Source: Amoebidium appalachense (taxonomy: Eukaryota > Protista > Ichthyosporea). Taken from it: a DNA stretch of 64,000 bases. A program made the position numbers and the translations under genes. Numbering within the stretch: position 1 is the stretch's first letter; every line of letters begins with the position of its first letter. The notes under the pieces are model-generated. The model ran no database searches. It was not told the DNA's origin and saw only the letters and a list, made by a program, of their open reading frames with translations. The stretch covers positions 18,980,125 to 19,044,124 of the forward strand of contig CAVNZM010000001.1 of NCBI GenBank assembly GCA_963693365.1. Direction: 5' to 3'. Of this stretch, positions 47,729-64,000 are shown piece after piece.

Positions 47729-49249
47729 ATGGTGTCCTCAAGCACAAGTGCACGGGTTGGAGCTTCATCCAGCCCCGACACCCATTACACCCGTGCCCTT
47801 AATGCTCTCCGTGCGTTCGTAGCCACGGACATTTGGTCTGAGCAGTCTGTTGAGGTGGTGGACTTGGGCAACCTTGAGCGCCGCTACCAGCTATGGCACG
47901 AACTCCTCCCGGAGGTTACCCCCTACTATGCCGTGAAATGCCGTGATGATGGCCCGGTGCTTGCATCCCTCGCAGCCCTGGGGTGTGGTTTTGACTGCGC
48001 CAGCCGCGCAGAGATGGAGAGTGTCCTTGCTCTCGGTGTGTCACCCGAACGTATCATCTACGCCAACCCGTCTAAGCCCGTGCCTTCCCTCCTGCGTGCT
48101 CGTCAGGCAGGCGTCAAGGCCATGACGTTTGACAATGAGCCAGAGCTGTACAAGATTGCGGGTGTTTTCCCAGACGCCGAGCTTGTCTTGCGTGTGCGTG
48201 TGGACGACAGTTATGCTGCCGAACCCCTTGGTGCAAAGTTTGGTGCTGAAAAGGACACACTGAGGCCACTCCTTCAAACGGCTCGCAAGCTTGGGCTGAA
48301 TGTAATCGGTGTGAGCTTCCATGTGGGGTGTGGGTGCCAAGATGCCGAAGCGTATCGCAAGGCCGTTGAACGGGCACATGAGGCATTCGATATCGGTGCA
48401 GAGGTGGGCTACGAGTTTTCCCTTTTGGACATTGGCGGCGGGTTCCCTGGGTCCGACATCCATGCTAACATCCACTTGGAAGACATTGCGTCGAAATTCA
48501 ACGCAGCACTCGCCGAATTCTTCCCTTCGACGCGTGGTGTGCGGATCATTTCAGAGCCGGGGCAGTATTTTGCTCGCAAGTGCTCGATGCTTGCAACGGG
48601 AATTGTGAGCAAGCGTGTAGTGCGTGAAGGGTCGCTGGCTGCACTTAGTCGCAGCCAGGTTGCATTTGGCTGCGGCTCACCTCTTCCTTCACGCAATGAG
48701 AATGCAAGCAGTGATTCCGTCAACAACGCACCACTCTCCCCTATCGACCCGAACGGCGAGAAGCCACAATTCATGTATTACATCAACGATGGTGCGTATG
48801 GTACCTTTGTTGTTGCCCTGCTGCGCCGTGCCAAAATGATCCAAATCAGCCCCCAGGTACTTCTTCGCCGTCGCGACATTCCATCAGAACCCTCCAAGGG
48901 CATTCCTTTTACCATGTATGGGCAGGAGGGCGAGGTTTACGAAAGCATCGTGTACGGTCCCACGTGCGACAGTGGGGATAAGGTTTTGGAGAGGATGTGG
49001 TTGCCAGAGTTGGACATGGGTGACTGGCTGTATTTTGACGAGATTGGCTCGTACACACGGGTTGCCGCAACGAGTTTTAACGGCATGCTCAAGCCGAAGG
49101 TGTACTACGTTAACACGCAGGACAGCCCAAATACGGAAATGATGAATGCGGCATCCGCTATCGGCGTTAAGGTGATCCACCTGAATGATCGAGAGGGCAT
49201 GGTTCCGAGGCGGGCATCTAAGCTGGCTGATTGTTCCGCCGGCAAATAA
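47729..49249 (+). CDS. ODC1: Ornithine decarboxylase-like protein (fold-type III PLP decarboxylase), intronless CDS, atypical active site
   Basis: 506 aa ORF with PYYAVKC, GFDCAS, IIYANPSK, MTFDN, GAKFG, GVSFHVGCG, LDIGGGFPG, ISEPGQYF, YYINDGAYGTF, GPTCDSGD, GDWLYF, GSYT, FNG. Family assignment is certain; orthology to catalytic ODC is not. Confidence 0.9.
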   Translation: MVSSSTSARVGASSSPDTHYTRALNALRAFVATDIWSEQSVEVVDLGNLERRYQLWHELLPEVTPYYAVKCRDDGPVLASLAALGCGFDCASRAEMESVLALGVSPERIIYANPSKPVPSLLRARQAGVKAMTFDNEPELYKIAGVFPDAELVLRVRVDDSYAAEPLGAKFGAEKDTLRPLLQTARKLGLNVIGVSFHVGCGCQDAEAYRKAVERAHEAFDIGAEVGYEFSLLDIGGGFPGSDIHANIHLEDIASKFNAALAEFFPSTRGVRIISEPGQYFARKCSMLATGIVSKRVVREGSLAALSRSQVAFGCGSPLPSRNENASSDSVNNAPLSPIDPNGEKPQFMYYINDGAYGTFVVALLRRAKMIQISPQVLLRRRDIPSEPSKGIPFTMYGQEGEVYESIVYGPTCDSGDKVLERMWLPELDMGDWLYFDEIGSYTRVAATSFNGMLKPKVYYVNTQDSPNTEMMNAASAIGVKVIHLNDREGMVPRRASKLADCSAGK

Positions 49250-49692
49250 CTTTCCGGACCTTTTTTTTTCTTTGCAAGAAACTACAAGTATAATTATACG
49301 AAAAATCTTTGATATGGACTTTTCTTTTTTGGTACTGCCGAGTGGTGATTCTTTTTTGAACTTCCGGGGCCCACTTTTTCGTTGGTATATCAACTTTAGG
49401 CGAGAGAATTTCCTCGTAAACTGTTGATAGCATCTCCACCGCACACAGTGAAAAACATGAACTTAAAGTTAGACTTTTTGCTACATACATAATGTTGATG
49501 AAGCTATAAAAAAATGAACATATTGATTAGTGCAGTGCTGGTGCAGGTTCACTGGCTGCAATTTACATACTGTCAGTAGTACAGGACAAAATCACAATTG
49601 AATGCACAGTAGGTGCCTTTGATAGTTCAATAAATGATGCAAAGAAGGAAATACAAGCATGTACTACTTCCCCGGTCCAACCATTCCCTCCC

Positions 49693-49728
<36 letters not shown>

Positions 49729-50229
49729 ACCGGGGGTCCGGGTGCCCACGTACCCATCAAGGGTCGCCCTCCCTCCGACGCCACCACCACCACCACAACC
49801 ACCATGCAACCCCCCCTCCCCATCCCCCAAACACACACCTACACACACACCCTCACACACAGACAGTACGCACACATGAACACACACACAAACACACGCG
49901 CACACATACACAAACACACACGCACACACCGTTAAGGTACATATACACACCAATCGTTTTTTAAGCATGCTGGACACATAACATTGTGTGTTCCTTCTCT
50001 AACCCTCTCTTACACTCTCTCGCTACGAGGCTCTTGTGTGTGCGATGCTGTGTTTGTGCACGTGCGCACGCTCACATTGCGGTAAGGGTGTAGCTGCATT
50101 CAACTGCAAGTGCGAGTTTTACGCCTGCTTGCAGATACCCATGTGCAGGAGAAAGTGTATAGAAGGTGTGTACGACCTCAATTGTTGTTGGTGGTGGTGT
50201 TTTTGTGTGTGTCTGCAATATGGGGGGGT

Positions 50230-50295
<66 letters not shown>

Positions 50296-50819
50296 GAGAG
50301 AACTCCTTGGTATTTGGAACTTCGAAAAAAACGTGTACCGTCGATTGCCAGTAAATCAACGATCTCCATTCAGATCGGCCCAGCCAATCAAAAAGCCAGG
50401 CATTGCGCCAGGCGGCATAGCACAAAGCAAAAGCTTTAGCTTAAGAGAAAGTGTCCGTAGTGACCCGACATACAGAACGATCAACAATGGCCCAGAACAC
50501 AAAGAACAGGACATGGGCGTATTGTGCACTTGTACATTTGTGAACGCGTGTTCAGGTACTACTAGTAATACCCCAGAGCCCGCTCTTGAACACGCTCCAA
50601 CTACACAGAAGTCTATCATGGTAAAAGACATCACTCTCCCAACACCCACCATCCCCTCTCCCCTTTCCCCCTCCTTCCCCCTTCTCCTCTCACTTTCCAC
50701 CTCGTCATTCCCCTCCCCCCCCCCCCCCCCCCCCCTTCATACACACACACACCCACGGACCGTCCAGCACGCACGGGATGCTGGGTCCTTCGCAATTACA
50801 TAGACCACCCCTTTTGCCC

Positions 50820-51251
50820 TTAGCGTTGCAGGACCTCGAAGGAGCTGCATCTCTCGGTGAAAGTCTTCATGGAGCGCTCCTCGATGATGCTCTCGATGGC
50901 TAGCTCCTGCTGCATCATCCGCAGCTGAAAATCCCCCAAGAAACGGTAAGTATAAACGTGAAAAATGTTATTGCATCATCAGACCCCCCTCCCCCCCCAC
51001 TTCCTGCCTCCAGCACATACACACCACGCACAACACCCCCCGTCCTCCCCCTCACCCCCCCCCCCCCCTGTCTCCCAGACATTCAAACAACACACACACA
51101 CACACAGCCACTTCAGTCATCAAGTAAACGAAACTGACTATCACTAACCCACTATGTTCATCAGACGGATGGTAACAACACAAACCCTGCCACAATCAAG
51201 AACTTAATACAAGTATAATCCCATTCGGCAATGTAGGAAAGGAAACAAGCA

Positions 51252-51282
<31 letters not shown>

Positions 51283-52154
51283 CCTCCCCCGGCCACCTAC
51301 CTGACGTGCTATCAACCCCCACATACAAAAACAAGGGTGCAACCACCCTACACATTCAATACGGCATGTGTCAATTGGAACCCAAATTTAACCACAGACC
51401 ACCCTGCCCTTCCTTGCTTCTCCTCCGAAATTCCTACACTATGCAAGACAACTATATACACATCATGCGCCGTTCACTCTCTGCCATCAAGCAAGCAGGC
51501 ACAGCACAACACCAGACACACTCACGCAATGTGTTTTCTGTAATTCTCAAACACCATCCATTTCTTCCAGGTGCCAACTCCCTCCCTGTCCCCTCCCCTT
51601 CCCCCCTTCCCCTACTAACACGAACAACACCCCATGACACCCAGTCTGCAGCAATCCACACCGCCTTATGCATCCACGTCCCCATGAAACCTAAACACAA
51701 CCCTTTTATGCCTAGCAAACAACCACATCACATTAGACCCTAGCTCCAACTTATCGTGGCAGGCAAATCCCTCCCCCTTCCCCCCCCCCCCCCCCTTGTC
51801 CCGCACATGCCACATTCACACTTCTTAACACCCCGGCCTCCATTCAACACTTGCAACTCCATGCTTCCCCCCCCCCCCCCCGGACCCCACACACATGGGC
51901 CCTACCCTGCTCTGTGCGTCTGACAGCAGCTCCTGGGCCTGATAGTCGTCTCTGCTGGCAGCCTTCCGTTTCCTCATCTCCTCCACCGTCTTTTCAGTGC
52001 TGCGGATGCACTGCCCAATAGCCTGCTGGCGATCCTTATACGCTGCCTGGAGCTGTGGTGTGGAAGTTTGCATGTGTGTGTGCCCAGATGTATGTGTACG
52101 CAAGATGGGTTGTAGAGTGTGTCTGTGTATCCGGGTCCATGTATGAGCGGTGTA

Positions 52155-52224
<70 letters not shown>

Positions 52225-53581
52225 TGTTTGCAAGTGCGCAGGACAACAATTGCAAGGTCAGCATTTAATTCATAAAACAAGCCAAAAAAACAAACAAAGA
52301 CAGGATCAATATGTAGTTCTCCAAACACGTCAAATAATAGCAAAACAGACTAGAGGCGGTCACACATCCTTACTGAGAAACCACCTGGCAGGGTACCACA
52401 GCAAGGAGGGAAGGCATTCAACATAACCACGAGGAGAAAGGGAAGGGATCAAAATGGCTAGGAGACCAGGTAACCACGCTAAAACAAAAGCATCAATAAA
52501 CAAAAGCATCAATAAGGATCACACACAAAGAACATCACACACCACTAAACGCCACCACCTTCAATCACCCCAACCCACGTCTCAAGTGTCCTATTGTTTT
52601 TTTCCTCAACCACATGGACCTCTACTGTCCCTCATCCTACTAATTCAACCTTCTCTATGCAGAGACACCCCGCATCCCCTCCCCATCGTGCTCTACAAGA
52701 AAAACCAAAAATCAACCAACGTCAAGCTCTACAAACAGAGCAAACGTAGAAGTGTGGAGAGAAAAACACACTATAGCAAGTTAGAACACGGGGTGATGGT
52801 GGATTCGAGAGCTATAGAAGACCCAGACAATAGCAGCAGCGCTATTTCAAAGGATGACCGAAGCAAACCCGGGAGAGGGAGATACGCCGGGGGGGGAGGG
52901 GGGGAAGGGGGGGGGAGGGCGAGCTCAATCAACGCCAAAGTTTCTTTGACAGGAAACTCTCCAGACTCTCTCTTTTACAGAGAAAAGAATTCAAGAAGAC
53001 GAAAAAATGCCTATTTACGGAACAGCTGCACAGGTGCACCTCTTTGACCTCTTAACATCTCTCTCTCCCTCCCTTCCCAACTCTCCCTCCCTCTCCCACT
53101 TCCCCCCTCCCCCCCCCCCCCCCCCCCCCCCCCGCCCCCCTCCCTCCCCGCCCCGGCAACCTTCCATGTTCCCCAATTTTTCCCGGCCCCACCCAGCTCT
53201 CTATTTAACGTAAAACTTCAATTGAGAGTTCCGTGCCAACGCAAGCACTCGCTCCCTCCCTTGAACGTTTGTATTTCTAGGTAAACGGGAGGCGAATTCG
53301 AAGGTGTGGTGCCAGGGTACCTAAGTGCATCTGACTCCTGCAGCTCAGAAAAAAATGAAAAGACATTACAAGCTGCAAAAAAAAATTCAACTCACCTCGG
53401 TATAGAACTGATGACACCCCTGCTGCTTGGTCTCCACAGACTCGGCGCGTTTAAACGTGTCCGTGGGGATAGCCATGTTCAGTTTCTGCGTTACTAAGTC
53501 ATCGACCTTACGAAGTTTCGTCAACGCCTGCTTGAACAACGTGAAATCATCACAGGGAATAGAGGTGTGTGTGTCCGCCAT
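50820..53581 (-). CDS. CCDC58: CCDC58 / Mix23 (Cid2 family) mitochondrial protein
   Basis: Exons 53581-53396, 52052-51906, 50924-50820 (145 aa): CDDFTLFKQALTKLRKVDDLVTQKLNMAIPT...CHQFY...RQQAIGQC...ELAIESIIEERSMKTFTERC, matching the family pattern C.EF..F..LL...R.IDD.I...LN...P / EL.VE.VV..RS.KVF.ERC. Confidence 0.92.
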
Positions 53582-54297
53582 TTTGAAGGTTATAGTAATG
53601 AAAAACTGAAAAACTGCAAAACTGAAAGACTTGGAACGTTCGGGACAGACGGAAAGGAAGGGTGGGCTCGTGTGTGAGACTGACGCGTGCAGCATGGCGC
53701 CAAAAGAGAAGAGGCTCTTTTCTCAAGAAATTGAGTGGTCATCTATATGCATGACAATAATCTCCTGTCTGTTTATAAAAAAACTAAAAATAACTAATGA
53801 AACTACGCTAAAGTGATTAGATAAGGTTGTAAAGTTTTAAAGTGCCGCTTTCTTTAGCCCAGAGAATTTGACCAATTAGAAAGAGGCAATGACGTAACCA
53901 CCCTTCAAGCCAATCGCGAGCTATTCATGACGTCATCCTGTCGTTAACTTAAAAGAATCAGCATTGGTCTCCTTTTATAGTTTACCTCACGTGTACACAC
54001 CGAGTGAGCCAGCCTGTCCTGCAGCATCACACGTGTACAGTACATTTCAAAGACTGTTTGTGTGTGTGTTTGTGTGTGTACAGGAACAAGTATAGTTTAC
54101 CTCATTGACACATTATCCAATATAGCTGGTGGCTTTTACAGAACTTTGCACACGCTAAACTTCCCTTTGTGAATATAAAAAGGTTTAGGCTTACGTGGTA
54201 ATAAAACACAGAGATCTTGCTTTAGCCACCTGGCCTGGAGATCAGTGTTATATAGGAAGGAGAGTTTCATAGTGTTGTCTACTGAGTAAACGACAAA
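53582..54297. promoter_or_regulatory. Bidirectional promoter CCDC58/PES1
   Basis: Head-to-head start codons 716 bp apart. CCAAT at 53872 and 53910; CRE-type TGACGTAA at 53890 and TGACGTCA at 53928. Confidence 0.65.
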
Positions 54298-63433
<9,136 letters not shown>

Positions 63434-64000
63434 GTGTGTGTGTGCATGTGTGTGTGTCCGTCTCCGTGTGTGTGTGTGTACGTGGCGCCTGCTGGCTGTG
63501 TGCGTGTCAGTATTGGTCAGTGTGCATGCACGGTGTGTACAGCCTTGTCTGCTCTTTGTGTTTGCTTGTTGGTCTATTGGCGTGTAGTGATGGTTTTGGT
63601 GGGTTTGAGAATTGACTGAGGGGTGGGCTAAGGGCATGAAGAACTGTGTAAAACTATTCGTGCGTTTGTATGTGTGTGTGGATTGGTGCTTTTTTGTGTT
63701 CTCGGGCATGAGGGGAGTGAAGGTGTTAATATCAGGGTGAGTGGAGTAAGAGGGTAGGCAAGCAGCACGTGGTTAAACAATGTGATTGGATAGGGGAAGA
63801 AAGGTGTTTGAGAGGGAGGGGAGGGGGGAGGGAGCGAGGACGATTGAAGGATGGGAGAGAGCGAGGGCGGGGGGGGGGGGGGGGGGGAGGGGGAGGCGGA
63901 GGCGTGTGGAGAGTGGGGGAGTGGATATGATTGTGTTATTTGAACCTTTGTGGTGGGCTCACGTATGCACGTGCACACAGGCACAGGAGAAGGAGAAGGA

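Noticed and set aside
52454-53047. 197-aa plus-strand ORF
   Set aside because: Antisense within CCDC58 intron 1, compositionally biased, with no motifs.

Overview
Eukaryotic, intron-rich genomic DNA. Gene content and splice signals suggest an opisthokont, possibly a unicellular holozoan such as an ichthyosporean (inference, not shown). Introns and intergenic DNA are saturated with poly-C, poly-G, (CA)n/(GT)n and (GA)n tracts, so most ORF-track entries are spurious. Manual splicing gives: a Nup155/Nup170-like nucleoporin (minus, runs off the left edge), a sphingolipid delta-4 desaturase (DEGS), a divergent ARF-family GTPase lacking the catalytic Gln, a ~24-exon Eps15/Ede1-like EH/coiled-coil/DPF/UIM gene, two small orphan genes, an intronless ornithine-decarboxylase-fold gene with antizyme-inhibitor-like substitutions, CCDC58/MIX23, and PES1/Nop7 (runs off the right edge). 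Three gene pairs are head-to-head. Non-coding structure includes two TIR-bounded intronic elements, a candidate non-autonomous Helitron, and a poly-C-tailed intronic repeat family always found sense to its host gene. Many introns also have complementary simple repeats at their two ends, or (CA)n in place of a polypyrimidine tract.
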